This document shows, one piece after another, positions 17,786 to 27,081 of a stretch of DNA of 64,000 bases. Below the pieces are notes generated by a model that was given only the letters and a program-made list of their open reading frames with translations, was not told where the DNA came from and searched no databases. The translations under genes were made by a program, and so were the position numbers. The stretch lies in the NCBI GenBank assembly GCA_963741945.1, contig CAVUKA010000005.1:544001-608000 (forward strand), read 5' to 3'. Source of the DNA: an uncultured Gemmatimonadales bacterium (GTDB lineage: Bacteria; Gemmatimonadota; Gemmatimonadetes; Longimicrobiales; RSA9). Position 1 is the first letter of the stretch. Every line of letters begins with the position of its first letter.

Positions 17786-18400
17786 ATGACCACGCGACGC
17801 CTCCTGCCCGTTCTCGCACTCCTCGCCATTGCCGCGTGCGACGACCCGACGCCCCCGGACGCCGGACGCCTGACCGACCCCGAGCTTGCGAACCTCTCCG
17901 ACGCCATGGTCGGCGACGACTTCGCCAACACCACGGCGGCCGCCGAGATCGGCGTCGCGCCGGCCGCCACGTCCACCTTCAGCGCGAGCCCCAGGAGCGG
18001 GACCATGGACTTCACCGCCACGTGGACCTGCCCGCTCGGCGGCCAGATCAGTGTGGCGGGAACGCGGACGCGCGAATGGGACTTCGAGGCGGGCACCGGG
18101 TCCATGGACCTGTCCGTGACCAAGACGCACCTGGACTGCGCCCGGCAGCTCCCGGCCACCACGATCACGTTGAACGGCGATGTGGCGCTCCTGGCACACC
18201 ACGAATGGGAGCGGCACGCACGCCGGGGCGCCCAGACCATGTCGCTCGACGGGGAGCTCGGATGGGTCACCGCCGACGGCCGCGAGGGCACCTGCACCAT
18301 CGATGTGGACGCGGTCTACGACCCGGCCACCGCCACCCGCACCGTCTCCGGCACCTTCTGCGACCGCGAGATCAGCATCACCCGCAGCTGGAGCTGGTAG
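17786..18400 (+). CDS. hypothetical lipoprotein
   Basis: GAGG RBS; lipobox IAA-C; beta-rich with CPLGG and further Cys residues. Confidence 0.75.
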   Translation: MTTRRLLPVLALLAIAACDDPTPPDAGRLTDPELANLSDAMVGDDFANTTAAAEIGVAPAATSTFSASPRSGTMDFTATWTCPLGGQISVAGTRTREWDFEAGTGSMDLSVTKTHLDCARQLPATTITLNGDVALLAHHEWERHARRGAQTMSLDGELGWVTADGREGTCTIDVDAVYDPATATRTVSGTFCDREISITRSWSW

Positions 18401-18406
18401 CGGCCG

Positions 18407-19213
18407 TCAGCGCGGCCAGCTCGCCTCCAGGACGGCGGGGATGACCCGGTGCCCGCCGGGGTACCGGGTCACCTCCGCCGCCAACCCCCGCCCCGACAGC
18501 CACTCCATTCCCACCCGCGACCGCTCCCCCGCCCACGCATCATCGGCTCCCACCACGAACCGGATCCGGCTGCCCCGCAGCGCTGCCGCCGCGCTCTCCG
18601 GCAGATCGTGCGCCAGCCCGCCCGCCCAGAGGATCAGCTCCGCCGGACGGATCCGCCCCAGTGACACCCAGCGCGATGCCGCCGCCGCGCCCTGCGAGAA
18701 GCCCAGCACCCGGACGCTGCGCCCTTCCGGGGGGAGCAGCCCGGCCGCGTCGCCGCCACGAGCGGGATCCCGCGGCGGCTCGGAGGGGGGCGGCTCCAGC
18801 AGCGCCCCGGCCAGGCGGTCGAGGTACTCCACGGTGTCGCGGATCTCGTGCTCCCGGTCCTCGCGCGTCATCCACGTGGCACCCACCCGCGACGCCGGGC
18901 CGTGCTCGCCCTCGCCCTCGCCCTCGCCCTCGCCCGCATCGATGTAGAAACGGGACAGCGCTTCGGGCGCTACCACCGCCCGCGCACCATCCCGTACTCC
19001 CGGCAGCCGCGCGAACCGACCGATGAACCGCCCCGCCAGCTGACCGTAGCCGTGCAGGACGAACCAGACCTCGCTCGCCCGCGCAGGGTCCCCCAGCACC
19101 TGGTAGCGCGCCGTTCGCGACACCCGGATCCACCCCGCCCGCGACTCCCCCACCGGCCCGGACGGCGCGGGGGGAGAGCCGTCCCCGCGCCCGCCCATCC
19201 CGATGCCGCTCAC
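18407..19213 (-). CDS. alpha/beta hydrolase (phospholipase/carboxylesterase family)
   Basis: HGYGQ, GFSQG nucleophile elbow, GGH; start either GTG 19213 (overlapping the ferritin stop) or ATG 19198. Confidence 0.85.
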   Translation of the reverse strand: MSGIGMGGRGDGSPPAPSGPVGESRAGWIRVSRTARYQVLGDPARASEVWFVLHGYGQLAGRFIGRFARLPGVRDGARAVVAPEALSRFYIDAGEGEGEGEGEHGPASRVGATWMTREDREHEIRDTVEYLDRLAGALLEPPPSEPPRDPARGGDAAGLLPPEGRSVRVLGFSQGAAAASRWVSLGRIRPAELILWAGGLAHDLPESAAAALRGSRIRFVVGADDAWAGERSRVGMEWLSGRGLAAEVTRYPGGHRVIPAVLEASWPR

Positions 19214-19704
19214 TACTCCGCCGACCGGCTCCCGAACTTCGAGTCCAGCATCAGCAGCGCGGCCTTGTTCTCCCCGGCCATCGCCAACTGGTCCACTGCC
19301 CTGCCCGTGCTGTCCTCCTCCTCCACCTGCTCCGTGATGAACCACTGGAGCATCACCTGCGTGGGGTAGTCGCTCGCCTTCTGCGCCGCCTCGTAGATCT
19401 TCCCGATCAGACCCGTCACCTTCCGCTCGTGCTCCAGCGCCGCCTTGAACGCCTCGTGCGGCGTGCCGAAATCGTGCGGCGGCTCGTCGATCTGCTTCAG
19501 CGACACGGCCTCGCCACGCTCCACCAGATAGTCGAACAGCCGCATCGCGTGCCCCGTCTCCTCCTTCGCCTGCGCCCGCATCCAGCTCGCGAACCCGTCG
19601 TAGTTGTGCGCCTCGAAGTGCGCCGCCATCGAGAGATAGAGGTAGCCGGCGTAGAACTCGTGGGCCACCTGGTCGTTGATCAGCTCCTTCACCTTGCTGT
19701 CCAT
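19213..19704 (-). CDS. ftn: non-heme ferritin
   Basis: INDQVAHE...YLSMA, EETGHA, EHERKVT, LQWFITEQVEEE ferroxidase residues. Confidence 0.93.
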   Translation of the reverse strand: MDSKVKELINDQVAHEFYAGYLYLSMAAHFEAHNYDGFASWMRAQAKEETGHAMRLFDYLVERGEAVSLKQIDEPPHDFGTPHEAFKAALEHERKVTGLIGKIYEAAQKASDYPTQVMLQWFITEQVEEEDSTGRAVDQLAMAGENKAALLMLDSKFGSRSAE

Positions 19705-19729
19705 GCTCGCTCCGTCCTCTTTCCGTAAG

Positions 19730-19775
19730 TAAGAATCATTATTGTTAACCTACCCGCCTCGCGCCCCCGGGTCAA
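19730..19775 (-). promoter_or_regulatory. sigma70 promoter of ferritin with a Fur-family-like box at the transcription start
   Basis: TTGACC (19775-19770)-N17-TAGGTT (19752-19747); AT-rich TAAGAAT-C-ATTATTG at 19730-19744. Confidence 0.6.
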
Positions 19776-19788
19776 GCCCGCAGGTGCA

Positions 19789-19923
19789 CAGGGCCAGGCT
19801 CCACAATCCACATTCTGGCCGTATGAACGCATCCTGTTCCCCTTCCGCCAGGGGGCAACGGCGTCATAGTGGGACAGCCGCATGACGGAAGTGGCCATTT
19901 GTGGATTGTGGAGCCTGGCCCTG
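19789..19923. repeat. 135-bp element bounded by perfect 24-bp inverted repeats
   Basis: CAGGGCCAGGCTCCACAATCCACA (19789-19812) is the exact reverse complement of 19900-19923. Confidence 0.9.
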
Positions 19924-19998
19924 GCCCGCAGCATGGCGCGGGCCATGGGCGTCTGGTAACATAGGGCGCCGCGAAACCGGACAGGGGGGAACCGAGGT

Positions 19999-22383
19999 AT
20001 GTCGCACCTGCTGCTTGCGTTAGCCATAGCCATTCCGGCCGGGGGCGTTGCGCCCGGTGCGGGCGCTGAGCCGCCGTCGGCCTGGCCGGCGCTCCAGGCC
20101 CCGGCGGACAGCGCCGAGTACCGGGGGGACCGGGGTGAGCTGTCCGTCCGGGTGCCTCGCCTGCCGGAAGCCGGTATCCGCGTGGACGGTCGGCTGGACG
20201 AGGCCGCGTGGGGGGAGGCCGCGCGGCTGACCGGCTTCACGCAGTACCAGCCGGTGGAGGGGATCGCGGCGTCGCAGCCCACGGAAGTGCGGGTGCTGTA
20301 CACGTCGGAAGCCATGTACTTCGGCATCCGCGCGTACGACTCGGACCCGTCGGCCATCCGGGCCACGCTGACGGACCGGGATGGCGGCGTGGAGTCGGAT
20401 GACTGGGTCCGGATCATCCTGGACACGTTCCACGACAACACGCAGGCGTACGTCTTCTATGTCAATCCGCTGGGAATCCAGGCGGACGGGCTGTGGGTGG
20501 AGGGTGCGGAGCAGCATTTCGGCCCGCCGATCGACTTCAACCCGGACTTCCTGTGGGAATCGGCGGGCGAGGTCACGGCCGACGGCTGGGTGGCGGAGAT
20601 CCGGATCCCGTACGTGGGGCTCCGCTTCCGCGACCTGGCGGAGCAGAGCTGGGGCATCAACGTGGCGCGCTCGATCCAGCGGTCGGAGTACCAGTCGTCG
20701 TGGGCACCGCTGACGCAGGACGCGGCGAACCAGCTGGAGCTCAACGGCGCGCTGGTGGGGCTGACGGGGCTGCACCCTCGTCGCCTGGTGGAGATCAACC
20801 CGGTGGCCACGGGGAAGCGAACGGGGGAGCGCGTGGCGACGGGCGCGTTCGAGCGCGACTCCTTCTCGCCGGAGCTCGGCGTGAACGCGCGGCTGGGGCT
20901 GAGCAGCAACCTGATCCTCGACGCCACGGTGAATCCCGACTTCTCGCAGGTGGAGGCGGACGCGGACCAGGTGTCGGTGAACGAGCGGTTCGCCCTCTAC
21001 TTCCCCGAGAAGCGGCCGTTCTTCCTGGATGGCACGGAAGTCTTCAACACGCCCCAGCAGCTGGTCTACACGCGAGCGATCGTCGACCCGGTGGGCGGGG
21101 CGAAGCTCACGGGGAAGACGGGCGCGTTCAAGATGGGCTACCTGGGGGCACTGGACCGGAGCCCGGTCACGTTCGGGAGCGCGTCGCAGGACGCCCTCTT
21201 CAACCTCGTGCGGGTCCGCGGGGACCTGGGCTCGGGGTCCAGCGTGGGCGCGCTGTACACGGACCGGACGCTCCTGGGCGGCGAGGGGTTCAACCGCGTG
21301 GGCTCGCTCGACAGCCGCCTCATCCTGGCCGGGCGCTACACGCTCACGGCGCAGCTCGCGGGCGCCTGGTCGAAGGAGGAAGACGACGCCGGGACCCCGT
21401 CCACCCTGTTCGGCCCCCTCTTCTACGCCCAGCTCGCGCGCAGCGGCTGGGGGTTGTCCTGGGATGTCTCCGCCGAGGACGTGCACCCGGACTTCCGCGC
21501 CCGCAGCGGGTTCATCCGCCGCATCGGAGACGCCCGGCTGGCGGCCGAGGCCCAGTACACGTTCCACAACCAGGCGGGCGCGTTCCTGGAGGACTGGAGC
21601 CCGCAGGTCGAGGCGGAAGCCTACTTCGATCACGAGGACCTGTGGGCGGGCCGCCGCTACCAGGAGGCCAGCGTGCAGGCGGGCCTCGACATCAGCCTGC
21701 GCGGTCCGAACGGCGGCCAGGGCGAGGTGTCGTACGGCTACTTCGCGTTCGATCCGGCCGACTACGCCGGCTACGAGCGTCCGGCCGCGGGCGCCGGCTA
21801 CATCCCCATGGAAGCGCGCGCTCCCCTGTCCGGCCTCCTCCGCCTCCACGCCTTCGGCCGGTCGCAGCCCGTGTCCTGGCTCTCGCTCCACCTGGACGGC
21901 TCCTACGGCGAGGTGCCCATCTACGCGGAAGCCTCCCGCGGCGTGGAGCTGGGGCTCGAGCCGAGCGCCAACATCAGTTTCCGCAACGGGCTCTCCGCCG
22001 ACCTCTCCTTCACCTACTCCCGCATCCGCCGGGCTGGCGGCGGCGGCCGCTTCAGCGTGGCCCAGATCCCGCGCGTCAAGATCCGGTATCAGCTCACGCG
22101 TGCGCTCTTCACGCGCGCCATCCTGCAGTACAACCTGGAGGAGCGCGATGCCCTGCGCTGGTCGGACGGGCTGCCGCTCCGCGTCAATGGCGACATCAGC
22201 ACCCCCGACGACCGTGGCGAAGTCCAGTACGACCTCCTCGTGGGCTACGAGCCGTCGCCGGGCACCGTGGTCTACGCCGGCTGGACCCGTACGCGCGTGG
22301 GGCCGAACACCTACCGGTTCGGCCGGCTCGAGCCCTCGGCCGAAGGGCTGTTCCTGAAAGTCAGCTACCTCTTCCGCCTCTGA
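19999..22383 (+). CDS. CBM9-like plus DUF5916 outer-membrane protein
   Basis: Signal peptide; VDGRLDEAAW, FYVNPLGIQAD, WVAEIRIP, TVNPDFSQVEAD, FPEKRPFFLDG; beta-signal-like end FLKVSYLFRL. Confidence 0.85.
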   Translation: MSHLLLALAIAIPAGGVAPGAGAEPPSAWPALQAPADSAEYRGDRGELSVRVPRLPEAGIRVDGRLDEAAWGEAARLTGFTQYQPVEGIAASQPTEVRVLYTSEAMYFGIRAYDSDPSAIRATLTDRDGGVESDDWVRIILDTFHDNTQAYVFYVNPLGIQADGLWVEGAEQHFGPPIDFNPDFLWESAGEVTADGWVAEIRIPYVGLRFRDLAEQSWGINVARSIQRSEYQSSWAPLTQDAANQLELNGALVGLTGLHPRRLVEINPVATGKRTGERVATGAFERDSFSPELGVNARLGLSSNLILDATVNPDFSQVEADADQVSVNERFALYFPEKRPFFLDGTEVFNTPQQLVYTRAIVDPVGGAKLTGKTGAFKMGYLGALDRSPVTFGSASQDALFNLVRVRGDLGSGSSVGALYTDRTLLGGEGFNRVGSLDSRLILAGRYTLTAQLAGAWSKEEDDAGTPSTLFGPLFYAQLARSGWGLSWDVSAEDVHPDFRARSGFIRRIGDARLAAEAQYTFHNQAGAFLEDWSPQVEAEAYFDHEDLWAGRRYQEASVQAGLDISLRGPNGGQGEVSYGYFAFDPADYAGYERPAAGAGYIPMEARAPLSGLLRLHAFGRSQPVSWLSLHLDGSYGEVPIYAEASRGVELGLEPSANISFRNGLSADLSFTYSRIRRAGGGGRFSVAQIPRVKIRYQLTRALFTRAILQYNLEERDALRWSDGLPLRVNGDISTPDDRGEVQYDLLVGYEPSPGTVVYAGWTRTRVGPNTYRFGRLEPSAEGLFLKVSYLFRL

Positions 22384-22449
22384 TCCGGCGGCCCCGCCGC
22401 CGCTCCCCGGGCTCCGCGTCGCCACCGTGTTGTGGGCCGGACCGGGGAT

Positions 22450-22466
22450 CGTCCCATCCCGCTACA
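22450..22466. promoter_or_regulatory. candidate enhancer-binding-protein site (UAS) for the EPS operon
   Basis: CGTCCCATCCCGCTACA, similar to the sites at 41909, 41931, 47906, 49917 and 61928. Confidence 0.55.
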
Positions 22467-22552
22467 AAGTTGCCGGTCGCACCCTGTCGCAACGGCCCGC
22501 GCTGACCCCGTAACACGAGGTCCGCCAGAGACTTGGGGGGCGGCCCCCTCCG

Positions 22553-22568
22553 GGGCACAGGCATTGCC
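22553..22568 (+). promoter_or_regulatory. sigma54 -24/-12 promoter of the HEAT-GT2 operon
   Basis: GGGCAC-AGGCA-TTGCC (GG-N10-GC). Confidence 0.65.
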
Positions 22569-22697
22569 CTTCTGCCGGGTCAGCATTGAACTCCCATACC
22601 GCTCCGCCGATGCTGGCGGGCTCCGGTGCGTTCACAGACGCTCGCCGGGCGGCCCGGACGGCCTCGCAATGAAGCGCAGGAAGGGCTGACGGGAACG

Positions 22698-23855
22698 ATG
22701 AACCAGGCCTCGGGAACGCAGGGGAGCGCAGGGGCTCGGCCTCACGGGGGCGGCCCGGCGCTGGCGGTGCTCGCACTCCAGGGGGGCGCCCCGTTCTGGC
22801 GGAAGCTGCAGCCGGACTGGCCGATGGTCGCGATGGAAGTGACCATCGTGCTGCTCATGCTGACGCTGGTCGGGTTCCTCATTGCCGCGCTGCTGCTGCG
22901 GCGGCGGAACAACCGCAAGGCGGAGCACTGGGGGTCCCTCGAGCGAACCTGGAGCTCGCTGCTCCGCGCCGTGTGCGACGGCTCGGCGGACAGCGCGGCG
23001 ATCCGCTCGACGATCGCGCCGCGCGAAGAGCTGTTCTTCGTCGACTTCCTCTACAAGCGGGCGCTTCAGACCGACGACCCGGAGGACCGGGCCACGCTTT
23101 CACGGCTGGCGACGCCGTACCTGCCGCGCATCGCGTCGCGCACCCGCGGGGGCGACCCCGAGCGGCGGGCCCGGGCGGTGAAAACGCTGGCGGAGCTGGG
23201 CGGGAAGAGCCACGGGCACCTGCTGGTGGCGGCGCTCGATGACCCCTCGCCGCTGGTGGCCATGAGCGCGGCCCGCGGACTGGCGCAGTCGGCGGGGGCG
23301 AGCAGCGTGCGCGAGATCGTGAGCCGCATCGGCCGTTTCAGCGACTGGAACCGCCGCTTTCTGCGGGCGACGCTCACGCAGCTCGGGCCGCCGGCGATCC
23401 CGGCGCTCCGCGACATCGTGCGCGAGCGGCCGCTGGCGCCCGGCGTTCGGGCGGTATGCATGGACGCGCTGGCGGAGCTGGACGACCGCGGCGCCGCGGA
23501 GCTGGCGGAGCTGGCGCTGTGGACGGAAGAGGACGTGGACCTGCGCGCTGCGGCGCTCCGGCTGCTCCGGCGGTGCGGCGGGCCGGAGCACGCGGAAGTG
23601 GTGCGCCCGCTGTGCGCGCACGAGGACCCGGTGATCCGGGCGCAGGCGGTGGGGACGCTGGCGACGATCGGAGAGGAGAGGGACATGGCCGTGCTCGAAA
23701 GAGCGGTGCACGACCCGTCCGCGTGGGTGGCGCTGCACGCGGCGCGGGGGCTGAAGTCCCGGGGCCGTTCGGGGTTCCTGCGGCGCGCCATGGAATCGGA
23801 GGACGCGTCGGCCCCGGCCGGGCTCGCCCTCCAGGTGCTGCTGGAGGAGGGCTGA
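22698..23855 (+). CDS. membrane-anchored HEAT repeat protein
   Basis: One TM segment followed by HEAT-like repeats (ALDDPSPLVAMSAARGL, HEDPVIRAQAVGTL, HDPSAWVALHAARGL). Confidence 0.85.
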   Translation: MNQASGTQGSAGARPHGGGPALAVLALQGGAPFWRKLQPDWPMVAMEVTIVLLMLTLVGFLIAALLLRRRNNRKAEHWGSLERTWSSLLRAVCDGSADSAAIRSTIAPREELFFVDFLYKRALQTDDPEDRATLSRLATPYLPRIASRTRGGDPERRARAVKTLAELGGKSHGHLLVAALDDPSPLVAMSAARGLAQSAGASSVREIVSRIGRFSDWNRRFLRATLTQLGPPAIPALRDIVRERPLAPGVRAVCMDALAELDDRGAAELAELALWTEEDVDLRAAALRLLRRCGGPEHAEVVRPLCAHEDPVIRAQAVGTLATIGEERDMAVLERAVHDPSAWVALHAARGLKSRGRSGFLRRAMESEDASAPAGLALQVLLEEG

Positions 23856-23856
23856 C

Positions 23857-25407
23857 ATGGGCGCGCACATCCTGCTGCTGGCGCTGATCGTCCTGAACGT
23901 GGTGGTGTTCGGGTACTTCCTGATCCTTAACGGCTACTACCTGGTCACCAGCCTCACGTCCTTCCGCGCGCTGCGGCGCTACGCCCGGCGGCTCAACTCG
24001 CTGGACATCGAGGACATCATGCAGGCGGGTGGCGCGCCGCCCGTGTCGCTGATGGTGCCGGCGTACAACGAGTCGGTGGGGATCGCGGACTCCGTCCGCT
24101 CGCTCCTGGACCTGCGCTACCCGGACTACGAGATCCTGGTCATCAACGACGGCTCCACCAATGACACCCTCGACGTTCTGCGGAGCGCGTTCGACCTGCG
24201 CCCGTCCGCGCGCGTCCCGACGGCGGAGCTCGGGCACGGCAAGGTCCGCGGGCTCTATCGCAGCCGCAGCCACCCGTTCCTCTGGGTGATCGACAAGGAG
24301 AACGGTGGCAAGGCGGACGCCCTGAACGTGGCGCTCGACTACTGCCAGGCGCCGTTCTTCTGCTCGCTCGACGCGGACAGCGCGCTCGAGCGGGATGCGC
24401 TGCTCCGGCTGATCCGCCCGTTCCTGGAGAACGCGAACACCGTGGCGGCCGGCGGCATCGTCCGGGTGGCCAACGGCTCGACGTTCGAGGATGGCAGGGT
24501 GGTGGACATCCGCCTGCCCCGGAAGCTCCTGCCGCAGCTGCAGGTGGTGGAGTACCTGCGCGCTTTCCTGGCCGGGCGCATGGGGTGGTCCAGCCTCAAC
24601 GTCATGCTCATCGTCTCGGGCGCGTTCGGCATGTTCCGCCGCGCCGCCGTGGTGGACGTGGGCGGCTACGCAAGCGACACGGTGGGCGAGGACATGGAGC
24701 TGACGCTCCGGCTCCACCGCCGCTTCCGCGAGGCGGGCGAGCCGTACGAGATCGCGTTCGTCCCCGACCCGGTGGCGTGGACGGAAGTCCCCGAGCGCCT
24801 GGGCGACCTGGGCCGCCAGCGCGACCGGTGGCAGCGCGGGCTGATCCAGAGCCTGGCCAAGCACCGGAAGATGCTCTTCCGCCCCAAGTACGGACGCATC
24901 GGCATGGTGGCCTTCCCCTACTTCTGGTTCATGGAAGGCTTCGGCCCGGTGGTCGAGCTGGTGGGCTACGTCGCATTCATCACCGCCGTCCTCCTCGGCT
25001 GGGCGTCCACCACGTACGTGGCCGCCTTCCTCATCGTGGCCGTGATCTTCGGCGTCCTGCTCTCCGTGGCCGCCGTGGCGCTCGAGGAGCTCGTGTTCCG
25101 GCGCTACCAGCACCCGGCGGACTTCAGGCGCATGCTGGTCCTCTCCGTCATCGAGAGCTTCGGCTTCCGCCAGCTGCTCACGTTGTGGCGCTTCCGCGGC
25201 GTGCTCTCCGCATTCCTGGGCAGCCAGGAGTGGGGCCACAAGCAGCGGCACGGCGTCATCCATCACCGCGAGGACCGCGAGGACCGCGAAGCGGGCGATG
25301 TGGTCGGGGAGCGGGACGGGCGCGCGCAGGATGAAGCACACGAGGAGAGTGGAGGCCGCGGCGTCCGGCCGGTGGAGCCGCTCGTGGCCGTGGAGCGATC
25401 GGCATGA
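23857..25407 (+). CDS. processive GT2 glycosyltransferase (IcaA/PgaC-like synthase)
   Basis: VPAYNE, NDGS, GGKADALN, DADS, GED and QRDRW (QxxRW) motifs; TMs at both ends. Confidence 0.92.
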   Translation: MGAHILLLALIVLNVVVFGYFLILNGYYLVTSLTSFRALRRYARRLNSLDIEDIMQAGGAPPVSLMVPAYNESVGIADSVRSLLDLRYPDYEILVINDGSTNDTLDVLRSAFDLRPSARVPTAELGHGKVRGLYRSRSHPFLWVIDKENGGKADALNVALDYCQAPFFCSLDADSALERDALLRLIRPFLENANTVAAGGIVRVANGSTFEDGRVVDIRLPRKLLPQLQVVEYLRAFLAGRMGWSSLNVMLIVSGAFGMFRRAAVVDVGGYASDTVGEDMELTLRLHRRFREAGEPYEIAFVPDPVAWTEVPERLGDLGRQRDRWQRGLIQSLAKHRKMLFRPKYGRIGMVAFPYFWFMEGFGPVVELVGYVAFITAVLLGWASTTYVAAFLIVAVIFGVLLSVAAVALEELVFRRYQHPADFRRMLVLSVIESFGFRQLLTLWRFRGVLSAFLGSQEWGHKQRHGVIHHREDREDREAGDVVGERDGRAQDEAHEESGGRGVRPVEPLVAVERSA

Positions 25408-25457
25408 GAACGCGAGCGTGGATGCGCGAACGAGCGATGCGCGAAGGAGCTGCAGCC

Positions 25458-27059
25458 GTGAAGAAGCTTGTCCTGGCCGCCTGCTTCCTGGCCGTGGCGG
25501 CCCCCGCCACCGGGCAGGTCGGGGACTCGGCCAACACCGCCTGGATCCGCGGCGACGTGCAGGCCGCCGCGCGGCTGTACGAGCAGCGCCTGGCGCAGGA
25601 TTCCAGCGACATCAGCGCGCTGCACCGGCTGGCGCTGGCGAAAGCGTGGAACCGGCAGTTCGACGAGAGCCTGCCCCTGTTCGAGCGCCTGCTCCGCATG
25701 GACCCGGGCAACACGGAAGTTCGCCTCCACGAGGCCAACGCCCTGGCCTGGGCGGGGCGGCTGGACGACGCCCGCCGCCAGGCGGAAGCGGTGCTGCGGG
25801 AGCAGCCGGGTGACACGGCGGCCATCTCGGCCCTCGCCCGCTTCAGCGGGTGGGCCGGGCGCTACGAGGACTCCCGCCGCTACTACCGCCAGGTGCTGCG
25901 GCTGGACCCGGACAACGTGGAAGCGGCGAAAGGGCTCGCCCGCGTCGCGGCGTGGAGCGGACACCTGCGTGAAAGCGAGCGCCGCTGGCGCGAGGTGCTC
26001 GCCGCACAGCCCGGCGACGTGGACGCGCTGGTGGGGCTCGCGGCCACGCTCCGCTGGCAGGGGCGGACTTCCGCGGGGCTCGACGTCCTGGACCGGGCGG
26101 AGCGGCTGGCGCCCGAGAATGCCGACGTGGAAGCGCAGCGCCGCTGGCTGCTCGCCGCGGCGGGGCCGAGCCTGGCCCCCGGCTACCTGTACGAGAGCGA
26201 CTCCGACGGCAACCGGGCGGAGACGTTCCGCCTGGCCGGCTCGTGGCTGGTGGCGCGCCGCGTGGGGCTGCGCTTCACGGCCGACACCCGCGACTTCACC
26301 CAGGAGACGGGGCTCGCCCGCGAGAGCTCGGCGCGCCGCGCCGACCTGGTGCTCAGCCTGGGGCTCGGCGCCGGCTGGACCCTCTCGGGGGGCGGCGGGG
26401 TGAGGACCGGGGACGGGGCCACGCAGGAGTCCATGGGGCTCTGGCAGGCGGCCCTGTCGTCGCCCACGTACCTCCCGGTGAGCGCGTCGCTGAGCGCGAG
26501 CCGCAGCGCGTTCGACTACACGGCGCAGCTGGCGCAGAACAACGTGGCGGTGGAGGAGGCGTCGCTGGGCCTGAGCTCGGTGCTGCTGGCGCGGCGCCTG
26601 CGCCTGAGCGCGCGCGGAGGCATCGCCCGCTTCCTGGCCGCCGAGGACAACACCCGCTGGCTGGCCAATGCCCGGGTCTCGTTCCATCCCGTCCCCGTCT
26701 TCTCGGTGGGCGTGAACGGCCGCGGCTTCGGCTTCGAGAAGGACCTGGCGGAAGGCTACTGGGACCCGACGTTCTACGGCCTCGTCGAAGTGCCGCTCGG
26801 GCTTTCGCTGGAAACGGACCACTTCTTCGGCGGCGCCGAAGTGGCGCCCGGCTACCAGACCGTGGACCACCCGGTCATCCAGGTGGACCACGGCGCGCTC
26901 CGGGCCGATGCCCGCATCGGATTCCGCTTCGCTCCCGGCCGGCAGATCGCCATCTCGGGCACCGTGGCCAACTCCGGCGTCCAGAGAGTCTCCCCCGTCC
27001 CGGACGCGCAGTACGAGTACCGGGCCGTGAACGTCATGCTCAGCTGGTCGCTCCGCTGA
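25458..27059 (+). CDS. TPR plus outer-membrane beta-barrel protein (PgaA/YaiO-like export pore)
   Basis: GAAGGAG RBS before GTG 25458; signal peptide; TPR repeats then amphipathic beta-strands ending VMLSWSLR. Confidence 0.75.
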   Translation: MKKLVLAACFLAVAAPATGQVGDSANTAWIRGDVQAAARLYEQRLAQDSSDISALHRLALAKAWNRQFDESLPLFERLLRMDPGNTEVRLHEANALAWAGRLDDARRQAEAVLREQPGDTAAISALARFSGWAGRYEDSRRYYRQVLRLDPDNVEAAKGLARVAAWSGHLRESERRWREVLAAQPGDVDALVGLAATLRWQGRTSAGLDVLDRAERLAPENADVEAQRRWLLAAAGPSLAPGYLYESDSDGNRAETFRLAGSWLVARRVGLRFTADTRDFTQETGLARESSARRADLVLSLGLGAGWTLSGGGGVRTGDGATQESMGLWQAALSSPTYLPVSASLSASRSAFDYTAQLAQNNVAVEEASLGLSSVLLARRLRLSARGGIARFLAAEDNTRWLANARVSFHPVPVFSVGVNGRGFGFEKDLAEGYWDPTFYGLVEVPLGLSLETDHFFGGAEVAPGYQTVDHPVIQVDHGALRADARIGFRFAPGRQIAISGTVANSGVQRVSPVPDAQYEYRAVNVMLSWSLR

Positions 27060-27081
27060 GGACGTGAGGGAAAGGGCGACG

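Noticed and set aside
18905-18934. (CTCGCC)n repeat encoding GEGEGEGE in the esterase
   Set aside because: Short in-frame loop expansion with no evidence of function
19789-19923. Retron msr-msd, 6S RNA or DnaA-box cluster
   Set aside because: No reverse transcriptase nearby; short for 6S and not verifiable by eye; the TCCACA cores lack the TTAT half of DnaA boxes
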